Shown: in pieces, positions 1 to 16,219 of the stretch
Layout of the letters: each line of letters starts with the position of its first letter
Position numbering within the stretch: position 1 is the first letter of the stretch
Origin: Salpingoeca rosetta
Lineage: Eukaryota > Protista > Choanoflagellata
Assembly: GCA_033442325.1 (NCBI GenBank)
Contig: JAWQFM010000014.1
Coordinates: forward strand, 1,428,511-1,463,171
Reading direction: 5' to 3'
DNA length: 34,661 nt
Program-made: the position numbers and the translations under genes
The notes under the pieces: model-generated
Seen by the model: only the letters and a program-made list of their open reading frames with translations
What the model was told of the DNA's origin: nothing
The model's database searches: none

Positions 1-5
1 ACACA

Positions 6-39
<34 letters not shown>

Positions 40-101
40 CTCACTCTCCCCGTCCCTTCGCCCCTGTCGTGCAACCCCCTTTGATGATGCCTGCCGAGCA
101 G

Positions 102-277
102 GTGGGGAGCGTGAGTCGCCTGCGGTGCTGGTCTGGTGCCTGCACTTCCTTGCACAGCACCAGGACCGCCTCGGGCAGCGGGACGATGCGCTGGCCACCA
201 TCCGCCGCGCCATCGACCACACCCCGACCGTCGTCGAGCTCTACATGGTCGAGGGCCGCATCCTCAAGGTACGCACC

Positions 278-362
<85 letters not shown>

Positions 363-2334
363 CGCATGGCAGCTTTTGCATGTGTGGTGTCTTTTGTGTT
401 GCCTGTACACACGTTCATCATCTGTGGCTGACGACGCAACGACATGTTTCTCCCTCTCACCTCCCTCACCCCTTCCTCTTTCATCCACTCCCACACATCC
501 ACCCCCTCCCCTCTTGCCTCTCTCCCCTCTCTCTCTCCCCTCTCTCTCTCCCCTTTGCTCCTGTGGCAGCACCTTGGGCGGCTGGACGAGGCTGCGACGC
601 AGGTTGACTTTGCACGGCAGCTGGACACGGCGGACCGCTTCATCAACTCCAAGGCCGCAAAGTATCTTCTCCGCGCAGGCCGTATTGAGGAGGGGCAGAC
701 CATTGCTGGCCTCTTTGCCCGCGTACGTCCAGCATGCTGGTGCTGGTGCTGAAGAGGGTGCGAGGAAGTCATTGTGGTCAGCGTAATTCTGTGGCCTGTA
801 GTGCGTCGTACTTCATCCACATACACACACATATATTCACACACACATATACATATACACACACATATACACACACATACACACACACATATACACACAC
901 ATCCTCACATGCATACGCACTGCTGGCTGATGTTGTCTTTGACAGGAGACGCGCAACACCGACCCCCTTAACCAACTCCGTGACATGCAGTGCAGCTGGT
1001 ACGAGCTGGAATGCGCAAAGGTACGATGGCCACAGCGACCACAATGATCGCAGCATGGATTCTGCGAAGGAAAACATGTGCTGTCATGCGGTGTAAATGG
1101 GGGCGGATCGTCACACCGCCTGTGTGTTCATGTTCGGACTCGTGACGAGCGAGCAGGGCCACCATGCGCCGTCGGTGTGTCATGTTATACCTCATCATGT
1201 CACATTCGCTGTCTACCTCGCGCCCTCTTCTCAATGTCGCTGTGCGCGCATGCATGGACTTGCTGTGCACGCTCTCCTCACCGCCTGCCTGCTGAATCCC
1301 ACGTGCTGCTCAGGCGTATTTGGCAAAGGGCGACCTAGGCAACGCACTCGCCCACGTGAGCATCCTACACATTTGCAATGCAATGCAATATGATGGGATG
1401 CAGTGCATCAAAGTCCAGTGCAAATGCGTGGTCAGCCCTTGTGTACCACTGGTGGTCATTGCTTTTGCTGCTGTGCACGTGTGTGCTCCTGGTCCGCCAA
1501 TCCTCATCCCCGTGCATCGCCCTGTCATGCCGTGTGGGTGTGCAGCTGCATGCTGTGAAGAGCTTCTACAAGCAGCTTGTGGACGACCAGTTTGACTTCC
1601 ACAGCTACTGCCTGCGCAAGGTCAACCTCCGTGCGTACACCAGGTGCGGTCGCCACAGCGAAAGGGCAGCTGCTGTTGTTGCTCTTGTTCTTGTTCTTGC
1701 TCTTGTTCTTGCTCTTGTTGCTGCTGCCACGTGTGCTGTTCTGTGCTGTTATGTGCAGCTCACGGGCGTTGACCGCTTGATGGTCTCTCGATGCACAGGC
1801 TGCTCAAATATGAGGACGAGGCGTATTTCCACAAGCGCTACGTGCAGACGGCCGCGTACGCCTGCAGCGTCTACGCAGAGCTCCACAACAACCCCTTTGG
1901 TTCCGCAAAGGAGCGCGAGGAGGTGCGTGCACACGAACACACGCACGAACACACGCATACACTTTCAACACTTGCTCGCTCATACACCCTCACAAGCTTA
2001 CACACGCCCACACGCCCACATACACACGGCTGCGTGCACCAAACCCAAATACTATTTGCCACGTCTAACGCTCTGTTGCTTGTGCTTGTGCTTGTGGATG
2101 CATGCAGCAAGAGAGGCTTGCAAAGATGAGCGAGTCTGAGCGCAAGAAGTACCTGAGCAAGCAACGCAAGGCAGCAAAGAAGGGGGCCGGCAAGGGTGCA
2201 AACCACCACAACGCGCGCGGCAAGAAGGGTGCCCAGCAGGACAACAAGAACAAGGACAAGGAGCAGAAGGGAAAGAAGAGCAAGACCCCGCAGTGGAACC
2301 CCAACGAGCTCGTCCAGGTCGCCACACGGCGCTG

Positions 2335-2390
<56 letters not shown>

Positions 2391-3182
2391 TTTGGGGGGG
2401 GGTCCGTAGCTGCCCTCACGCCAAATCGCTTCTTTCGTTCACGTGCTGCTGGTCACGCGTGTCCAATTCACATCATTGCATCGATTGCATTTACAGACAT
2501 CAAAGGCGCTCGACGACGCCCTCGTCTTCCTCCAACCGCTTCTCGTACGTATGCTCATCACCACTCGCCCGCACCCAATTTGACTCGACCACCTGCCACT
2601 CCGCAACATGCCCTCATCCAACACATACACACACACACACGCGCGCGCGCTCACTGATGTCGCTGCACACGTTCTGTCACACCCGCCGCGTGCACACATG
2701 TGGTGATCGCATGTTGACACGTGACCTCCTGCGCGTATCATATCGTTCACATGTTGTCTCTTTGCGTTACCAGAACTTCCCTGCGGTTGAAGGGATGGAA
2801 TCGCTGCTTGAGCCTGCCGTCGATGTTCTCGTCCGCCGCAAGCGCCCGCTCCTCGTCATCAAGGCCCTCCGTACAATGACCACAACAGACGTACACACGC
2901 GCACACACACACACACACATACACGCGCACACGCACACAATCGTGTCCACTGATTCGTTTTCTGTTTGATATGTGATTACACACGCCGACCAACGCACGT
3001 ACATGTGTGCCTGACGTGCTCCCCTTTTGCAACTGTGTGTGTGTGTGTGTGTGTGAATGCCCGCGCCCACGTGTTCAGGTGCCGCGCCACGTGCTGATTG
3101 CGTCTACGCTCAAGTTGATGCGCTTCATCTCCACCAATGCCGACGCTATCAACCCGACTGTCCGCGAGATCATCGACGAAGG

Positions 3183-3258
<76 letters not shown>

Positions 3259-4038
3259 CTCAATGTCTGCTGTTGTTGCTTACTCTGCTGTTGCTCACTC
3301 GCGTGCATGCGCTTTTTTTTCCCATTTTGCAGAGCTGCCGCAGCTGGTGGAGAACAAGTCCGAGCAGGATCTGCGGAAGGAGCTTGAGGACCTTGCATCC
3401 AGTGCGTACATTGTACACATGTGCGCACAACGTCACAGTAGTTTACGTAATGTCTCTCACACACAAGCAGGCAACCACAAACATGTAATATTTCAAAATG
3501 CGATCGCTTGTTTACTGTCGTGATCCCTGGCTCACCCAGCACCGCTCTCTGTGTCCCTGTGTGTACGGGTGCGTTCAAGCAGAGTCGCTGGCAGCGTTCG
3601 CGTGCGCACAGTTGCTGAAGAGGAGCGAGGGTGTGTCGACGTCTGACGTGATTGCTGCCATCACAGACAAGGCCGCCTCCCTCCCCGCCACCCTTGACGA
3701 GGTGAGAGATGACTGCTGTGTACACGCTGGATGACGCACATGAATTGCTTGCCCGCTGCTCATTCTTTCCAACACCCTTCCTTCACCATATCTTCGTTTG
3801 TTCATCACCCTTCCTTTGTCTTTCCATCATCCCCCCCCCTTTCGCCTTGTTTGCTCAATGTGGATTCACTCCGTGCACCCATTCTGTCCCAATTTTCCTT
3901 TAGGCTGCGGCGGTGTGGCTGAGCGTGGCAAATGTGCAGGATATGCATGCAGGCAAGAGCGAACTCCGTGCTGCTCTTCAGAAGCGCTTCCCCGATGCCC
4001 ATGTCTTCACGCAGCACCAGCTGGGCGCCACAGCGTGA
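102..4038 (+). CDS. NAA15: N-terminal acetyltransferase A auxiliary subunit (NAA15/NAT1-like), 3' part of a multi-exon gene whose 5' end lies upstream of the window
   Basis: GT-AG exons approx. 102-268, 570-722, 946-1020, 1314-1355, 1546-1643, 1799-1922, 2108-2317, 2497-2544, 2774-2890, 3079-3181, 3333-3401, ~3580-3701, 3904-4038 (TGA). They encode NAA15 hallmark segments: 'LHFLAQH..AIDHTPTVVELYM..GRILKHLG', 'ARQLDTADRFINSKAAKYLLRA', 'DMQCSWYELECA', 'DDQFDFHSYCLRK..LRAY', a basic Lys-rich helix and C-terminal 'KRFPDAHVF'. Confidence 0.93.
283..360. repeat. (CA)n microsatellite in NAA15 intron, representative of dozens of CA/GT tracts in the window
   Basis: Direct reading; starts about 15 nt after the donor site. 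Confidence 0.95.
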
Positions 4039-4066
4039 CAGTGACGCGTGCGCTGCTGTTTGTCGT

Positions 4067-4068
4067 CG

Positions 4069-4138
<70 letters not shown>

Positions 4139-4170
4139 GTTGTTGTTGTTGTTGTCGTCGTCGTCGTCGT
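4067..4170. repeat. (GTT)n/(GTC)n trinucleotide microsatellite just after the NAA15 stop
   Basis: Direct reading. Confidence 0.95.
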
Positions 4171-4886
4171 TGGCGTGGCCATTCGGGTGCACGTGAGCAA
4201 GAGAAGAGAAGGAGGAGAGGGTGTGGCGCCAACGAGAACGAACCACACATGCAAAGCTTGTTGTCGCTCGAGCAATGAATCAGACCTCTCTTTCGTTTGT
4301 TGACTGCTCTGTGTGTGTGTGTGTTGTAGGCGCCGAGGATTTGTCGTGCATGTGTGTGTGGAGAGCAAGCTTGCAGGAGTGCGTGCAATGTGTGCAGTTG
4401 TGCTCATGTCGATTACACATTCATTGCAGACGCGGCAGGAAATGGTATTGGGGGAGGGAAAGGCGAAGGTAGGAGGAGAAGGGCTACAAGAAAAATCGAA
4501 CGGCAAACCAACACAACACAACAGCAACACGACAGCCACACTGAAGGGAAGCGCCGGCACGACCCACTCCACGGCGGGGTGATGGCTGCGGCTGTTGCTG
4601 CTGTTGCTGCTGTTGCGTAAGAAACAGCCATGCACACCTTGTACAGGGGGAGGACTCAACATGAACGTAACATGGATGTGGTGAAGGGGGCAACAGGAAC
4701 GGAAGTGGAAACGCTTGGTGTGGGGAAGAACAGTGGCACCCATGCATGCTACTTGTTTGATCCACTGTGTCTTGCAACATCAGTGGACGCAAGTCGGCAA
4801 GAAAAGCAACAGGACTGGACGCAAAGCACAAATGAGATGCGGGGTACGGAAGTGATGGTGCCAAGTGGCAACGATGTTGTGACACC

Positions 4887-9033
<4,147 letters not shown>

Positions 9034-9278
9034 CGCTTTTGCCTCGTTCGTGTCTGTCTGTCTGCTTGGTGGTGAGGTGGATGTTGTTGTCCTTTTTGGT
9101 CGCTGGCGGTGTGTGTTTGGATTGGAGAATAAAGAATTCTGTGGAAAATCTTTCGGCTGCACGAAAATTACTCTGCTGCCTTTTTTTCATCGCTGGCAGC
9201 GCGCACAAGCAGCACAGAAAGCACACGTGTGGAAGGCTACAGCAACCACTGCAGAAGAGACAACACAGACACACCATC
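9034..9278. promoter_or_regulatory. Putative bidirectional promoter between the Kelch gene and eIF3m
   Basis: The divergent ATGs at 9033 (-) and 9279 (+) are only 245 bp apart. The interval is relatively AT-rich and free of microsatellites. Confidence 0.6.
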
Positions 9279-9374
9279 ATGGACGCAGAGGAACTCCAAC
9301 AACATGTACGAGATATCTACGCATACGGGATGGTTTACTCTGTGCGCGCGAATGAGTGTGCGGGGTGGTTCACA

Positions 9375-9463
<89 letters not shown>

Positions 9464-9674
9464 TTGAGCACAACTTGGTTGACCGTGCATTCATACCATG
9501 CACTTGCGGTTTGTGTGTGTTACAGCTCCGGGCATTGGCTGCGGGCGTTGCCGCCACAGTGGATGATGAGAAGCTGAGCGCAGACTGCGATCGCTTGCTG
9601 GACCAGAACAAGCCTGTCGAGGTTCTCAGCCGCATCGTTGGCCTCGCCGGCTCCCTCACCACAGAAGAGGGTTG

Positions 9675-9749
<75 letters not shown>

Positions 9750-10660
9750 TATGTGGGTGTGTGGGTGTATGGATGTGTATGTGTCTGTCTGTGTCTGTGT
9801 ATGTGTCTGTGTGTGTGTCTGTGTCTGTGTGTCTGTGTCTGTGTCTGTGTCTGTGTGCTCCGGCATTTTGTCCCTCTCTCTCTCTCTCTCTCTCGCTTCG
9901 ATTGCTTTCCTTTCACTTGCTGTGCTGGCATGCCCGTTGCCTCACAACATCAACTTCATCAATAACGACAACAACGACGGCGCTGCGAATGCGGGTGCAG
10001 ATATGCTTGACGACATGCTGCTGAACGCCATGCTCCTGCAAGTGACGCACCAGCCTGCAGAGGTCCAGGACCAGCTCATTCCGCCGTTCCTCACCTCCCT
10101 TCAAACTCACACAGCCTCTGGCCCCAACGTGGCCGTCGTCGTCAGCACGTGCGTTGGGGCAACGATCGCGTTTGGAGGTTGCGGTGTGTGGTGATGACCC
10201 TGCTTTGTCGACGTGCTGCAAGCCGTCGCCTTCTTACCGAGCCCACACACACACGCACCCACACACACATGCACATGCACATGCACACGCACACACGATG
10301 TGTTCAGGGTGACATCGCTGTTCAACCTTCTTCCCGCCAACTCCAAGCACCGCTACGATGTGCTTTACCAGGTCCTGCAACGTCACTGATCTCATGTGCC
10401 AAGCATGTGGGCCTACCTTGCCCTTTCGTTTCGTGTATTGTGTCCGCATTGTTGTTCTGTCCTTTCGAAGCCCTCACCGTACTGCGGGCCCTTGATCGCG
10501 CCACCACCACTTGCAGCTTCTGTCCTGCGGTCTGGAGGCAACACAGGGCACCAGCGAGCTTGCACAGCAGGTGGGTTTGAAGCTGTACCATCACCGCGAG
10601 TCTGCATATCCCTGGGGTCCACCAAGCCGCTTATTCCACCTGCATGTGTCTGTGTGTGTC

Positions 10661-10727
<67 letters not shown>

Positions 10728-10943
10728 GCGTTAGGTTGACGCCAACGTGGATGCGTGGATCAAGGACTGGGAGCTGACACAACCACAGCAGCGGGCACTC
10801 TTCAAACTCTTTGCTGCAAAACTGCAGGAGGCCAACAACAAGTGAGTTTGCGTCATACTTGGTGTGCTTGTGTGTGTGTGTGTGTCTGTGTCTGTGTGTG
10901 CGTGTTGATGGGTAGGTGCTTCGCCGTGTTCTTGTGCGTGCGT

Positions 10944-10980
<37 letters not shown>

Positions 10981-12498
10981 TGTGTGTGTGTGTGTGTGTG
11001 TGTGTCTGTGTGTGCGTGTTGATGGGTAGGTGCCTCGCCGTGTTCTTGTGCGTGCGTGTCTGTGTGTGTGTGTGTGTGTGTCTGTGTGTGTGTGTGTGTG
11101 TGTGCTTGCGTAGGTGTGTCTCGCCGTGTCCTTGTGCTACCCCGCCCTTGCTAGCGTGCATGCCGCCTCACCGTGTCCTTGCGCCTTCCCCGGGGGCATC
11201 AGGGCGCTGAGCAAGAAGTACCTGACGCGGTATGTCAAGTCGTTTGACGGTGCAGCGGCGTCGTCCCTGCACGAGGCCTCGCAGGAGGCCCGCGACCTCA
11301 TTGCACAGGTGCGCCCGCTGCTCATGCCCTGTGGCGTGTACATACTTGCATCTGTGTCTGTGCATCTGTGTGTGTGCCTGTATGTGTGTGTGTATATCTG
11401 TGTTTGTATCTGTGTGTGTGTGTGTCTGTATCTGTGTTTGTAAATTTGCTTGTGCGTCTGTGTGCCAATATGCTGGGTGTCTTGCTGTGTCTCTATGTGC
11501 GTGTGTACTCCTTCTGGCGCGTGCTGACTGTTGTTCTTGTGCTGTGATGACGACACAGGCGCTGAACACGAGCGCGGCGGACTCGCTCGATCTCCTCGGC
11601 ATGGACGCCGTCAAGCACCTCAAGGAAGAACCGGTCAGTCGCATACACACGAGTGCATGCACACACACATACATACATACATACATACATACATACATAC
11701 ATACATACATACATACATACATACATACATACATACATACATACATACATACATACATACATACATACATACATACATACATACATACATACATACATAC
11801 ATACATACATACATACATACATACATACATCCCTGAATTGCCTGCTGTGCTCTGCACACTTTTCATGTTGTCTCCTGGCGTGTGCTCACTCCTTGCTGTT
11901 GTAACCGACCTGGATGGCTCGCGTGCGCGCGGCGCAGGGTTACAAGCTGCTGGAGGTGCTCACAAAGGGCGACGTACCCGGCTTCAACATCGTGTGCCAA
12001 GAGCACCCATCCGCCTTCACAGACCTCGGTCGGTCGCCCTCTCAGCAACCACAGAGACAGACAGGCAGGCAGGCAGAGGGAGGGAGGCAGAGACAGACGC
12101 GCGCACAAAACACACGCAAATACACACACTACACCCGCTCTTCTCACACCTGCCCTTCCTCCTCTCTTCCTTTTGTTCCTCTTGTCTTTGGTGTCTTCTT
12201 CGCCCTCGGATACAGGCCTGGACCAGGAGCAGGTCGCCACGCGCGTGCAGCTCATGGCGCTGGCCAAGTTCTGCGCAAAGAAGACGCAGGTGACGTTTGC
12301 AGAGGTGGCGAGCGGACTGTCCATCCAGGAGGACCAGGTGGAGCAGCTCGTCATCAACGGTGCGCACGCACTCGTGTGGGTGATGGACATTTGGGGGTGG
12401 CGGGGTGATCATGTCGTGGCTGGAATCTATTATTGCTGTTGCGGTTGTTTGCGTACTCCCATATTGTGCCTCTCACCCCCTCCATTGGTGTGCATGTA

Positions 12499-12558
<60 letters not shown>

Positions 12559-12728
12559 ACAGCTCTGCGGCACTCTGTTCTTGAGGCGACGATTGATGAC
12601 GTGAACAAAGTGGTCAACGTCACCCGCGTCATCTACGACTCGTTTGAGCCTGAGGACTGGAAGAGCCTTCACGCCCAACTCATGGTCCGTTGTCTTGTTT
12701 GTGTCTGTGTGTGTGCGTGTGTTTGTGT

Positions 12729-12785
<57 letters not shown>

Positions 12786-13060
12786 TCTGTATACCTGTGT
12801 GACTGTCTTCTTTCTTTCTGCCTGTCTTTCTGGTTCTCTTCTGTGCTTGTCTTGTATGTCTTTGTACTTCCTCGTGGTGTTCCTTCGCTTGTCGTGTGCC
12901 CACCGACTCCTTATCTTACCTGTGTGCGTGCGTGCGTGTGTGTGTGTGTGTGTGGTTGCAGGCGTGGAAGACCAACATTGAGCAAGTGCGGACGACGTTG
13001 GATAAGGTTAAGTTGAAGGTGCAAGAGAAGCGCCAGCCCCGTCGCACATACCGCAAGTAG
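9279..13060 (+). CDS. EIF3M: Eukaryotic translation initiation factor 3 subunit M (PCI domain), 12 exons
   Basis: Exons approx. 9279-9305, 9526-9670, 10001-10148, 10308-10371, 10517-10570, 10735-10841, 11203-11308, 11559-11633, 11938-12028, 12216-12359, 12563-12684, 12962-13060 (TAG). eIF3m-like motifs: 'SLFNLLPANSKHRYDV', 'VDAWIKDWEL...QRALF', 'DLLGMDAVKHL', and the PCI winged helix 'GLDQEQVATRVQLMAL...VTFAEVASGLSIQEDQVEQLVINA..LEATIDDVNKVVNVT....F...W..L...L.AWKTNI'. Confidence 0.9.
10866..11133. repeat. Tandem duplication (about 110-125 bp unit, two copies plus a degenerate partial third) in eIF3m intron
   Basis: 'gcgtgttgatgggtaggtgc(t/c)tcgccgtgttcttgtgcgtgcgtgt' occurs at ~10900 and ~11014, flanked by GT tracts. 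Partial third copy 'gtaggtgtgtctcgccgtgtcctt' at ~11110. Confidence 0.85.
11668..11830. repeat. (TACA)n tetranucleotide microsatellite in eIF3m intron
   Basis: Direct reading. Confidence 0.95.
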
Positions 13061-13394
13061 TGCTGTGCTGTCCCTTGAGCACCGAAATGAACATGATAGG
13101 CACCCAAAGGCCCCACCACCCACAATACCACCACTCGTCCGCTCGCGTGGCATCTTCCGAATGCATTGTGCGTGTTGCTTGTTGTGATTGTGCATTTGCC
13201 CACCACTGTGCTGTGCTGTCTTCCATCCTCGTCCTGCTGTTGCTTGTTGTTGTGTTGCCATTGTTTGCCACGTATGATGAATGAACACGTCTCTCTCTTC
13301 AAACAACAAGACAGTATCCAAGTGAGCGAGCGAGCGAGCTGGTGTTTTCTCCAAGACTTTTCTCACACCTTCCCTTGGCCCACGACTGCTGGCG

Positions 13395-15472
13395 ATGCAA
13401 GCGTGGGAGGCTGTGTTGCCCACGGCGCAGGATGCGGCGGCACTGCGGGCGCTGAGGGCCGCCCACTTTGCCCAGACACCGCAGCAGCTGCGGGACCGCT
13501 TCTGCATTGCGGTAACAGATGCACTCTGCTGCCGTGGCAGCGACAGCGGCGGCAGCGGTAGGAGCAACGACGACGACCACCACCACGACACAGCCCATGA
13601 CGACGATGGCACGCGGCAGCCCATGAGCCAAGGCAACCACTGCGACAACGACAGCAGCAGGCATCAACGCGAAGGCGGAAGGAATGGCGGAGACGAAGGC
13701 GGTGAAGAGGACGAGGACGACCACGCGGACTCCTTGACCTTCTCCCAGGTGGAGCAAGCCATGCTTGCATATGAGCGCACACATGCAGCACCGCACAAAG
13801 GGCAGGCAGCCAGCCAGCGCAGGAGCCGACACCCAAGGGCAGCAGGCACATCAAGGACACCCGCATCTGCATCCTCGCCAACACCAACACCACCATCAAC
13901 GGCAACAGCAACGGTGGCAGGAACAGTGACAACGTTGCGAGTGCTGCCAGCAGCACAACAACACTCTGCAGCGTCTCCGTCACGGACACGGACGCCAAGC
14001 AACGCCACGTTGCATGCAGAGCACCAAAGAACCCCTGTACGGAGCAGCAGCAGCAGCAGCAGCCCGGCGGCAGTCTCCGCCGCCTTTCGGCCACCGACTT
14101 CGCTTGCCTCTCAGCCGGGCTGCATGCCAACAGCAGACGCCACCACCCGCTTCTGTATCCAGTATCTCAATGCAATGTGGTCGTCATCCACGTAGCTTTC
14201 CCTTGTGGTCGCTTGACCCCCTCCCTCCTCCCTGTCCACACCCGCCGCCGCTTGTGTCATCACACTCTGCCCTGCTTCACTTCGTGCTTGACTCCGCGTT
14301 ACTTTGCACCTGGCCTTGCCACAAGGCGGCGGCTCCTTCTAATGAACCTTCTTCTCTGCCAAGCACAGCACGGCACAGCGAGCGAGGGGTGTGAGAGTCA
14401 AAGCCACTGCACGCTCTCTCATAACCGCCCGCGAAAACACACAGTCAAGCAAGATGGCAGGACGAAGGACAGCAACGTGGAGACGCGTTGGCAGCGGGGA
14501 TAGCGGTGTTGATCGAGTGTTGGGAAGCAGGGCTGTCGGAGAAGGGCCCAGGGAAGGAGAAGAGAGGGTGGAGGGGGAGGAGGAGGAGGAGCACGAGCCA
14601 TGGCCAGCCTGGAGTGCCCCCGTCGCCATCGTCGTGCTTTCTCTGAGCCTCACCCTCTTCGGCATCAGCCTCTGGTACGAGGGTGTGTGAGTGCGTGTGT
14701 GTGTGTATGTGTGTCTGTGTGTCTGTGTGTCTGTGTGTGTGTGTGTCTGTGTCTGTGTCTGTGTGTGTGTGTGTGTCTGTGTGTCTGTGTGTCTGTGTGT
14801 CTGTGTGTCTGTGTGTCTGTGTGTATGTGTGTCTGTGTGTCTGTGTGTGTGTGTGTGTGTCTGTGTCTGTGTGTGTCTGTGTGTGTCTGTGTGTGTCTTT
14901 GTGCCCTGTACACACCTGCTCCACAACTTCAAGTTCAACACTCTGCCATGTTCTCCACAACCACTGCAGGGACGTGCTGAGCACGCTGGTCATCATCTTG
15001 ACAGCCATCTTATCTCTCTACCTGCCACGATCACTGCTCGTTGCCGCTTCGGTGCGTACCCTTGAATGCCAATGTGCCCACTGATCTCGTGTGTTCGTAC
15101 AACAGCGAATGTGGCGTCGTGTGGCAGCCTGCACTGGAACCCTTGCTTCTGAAACCAATGTGTCAACAGCCCCGTGCTCAATGCTCACCCACTGACCACC
15201 ACAGGTACGAGGACGGGAGTTTGCGGACGCGGAGCCCAGATCCATCAAGGTACGCCACTCCTGGCAGCAGCAGCCCCCTGCAAAGACCTCTGACATGTGT
15301 GTGTGTGCGTGTGGCTGTGTGTGTGTCTGTGTGTGTGTGTGTGTGTCTGTCTGTGCGTGTGGCTGTGTGTGTGTGTCTGTGCCTGTGTGTCTGTGTGTGT
15401 CTGTGTGTGTCTGTGTCAGTGTCTGTGTCTGTGTCTGTGTGTGTCTGTGTGTGTCTGTGTGTGTCTGTGTGT

Positions 15473-15549
<77 letters not shown>

Positions 15550-16179
15550 CTCGCCTCTCACTACCGCCACCGCCAACACTACGATCTTGCTTCCAAAAGG
15601 GGAAGTTGCGGTGGAAGCGTGGCGTTGCAACTGCGTTGCTGATGGTTGCGCCTGTCCTGCAGTACCTGGCCATCACTTACATCAACACCCTCTCCGATGG
15701 TCTGTGTGTGTGGGTTGGGTTGGGGTGGGAGTATGTTGGTGGCTGTCAGTATGTCCGTGCCACTGTCTCTCCGTCCCTCTGTCTCTCTGTCTTTTTGCCT
15801 GTGTTACATCACTGTGTGCTTGTGGGCCCACACAGCCTCTTCCGTGGCAGTATGTTTCAGTCGTTTGTTCACCCTGAACCCGTCACTACCACCACCGTCA
15901 CCACCATTGTGTGCAGGGGAGAAGGCGGCTGTGTCATCCTGGCGCGTGTTGAATCCGGGTTTTGTCGCCATCTGCTCGGCGCTGTATACCCTCACCATCC
16001 TCACTCAAGACCACATCGAGGAATGCCACCAACTCCAAGCCAGGGTACCTGTGTGCCTGTGTGTCTGTATGTCTGCGTCTGTGTCTGTGTCTGTGTCTGT
16101 GTGTGTGTGTGTGTGTCTGTGTCTGTGTCTGTGTCTGTGTGTGTCCCTGTGTGTCTCTGTATGTCTGTGTGTGTGTCTC

Positions 16180-16219
<40 letters not shown>

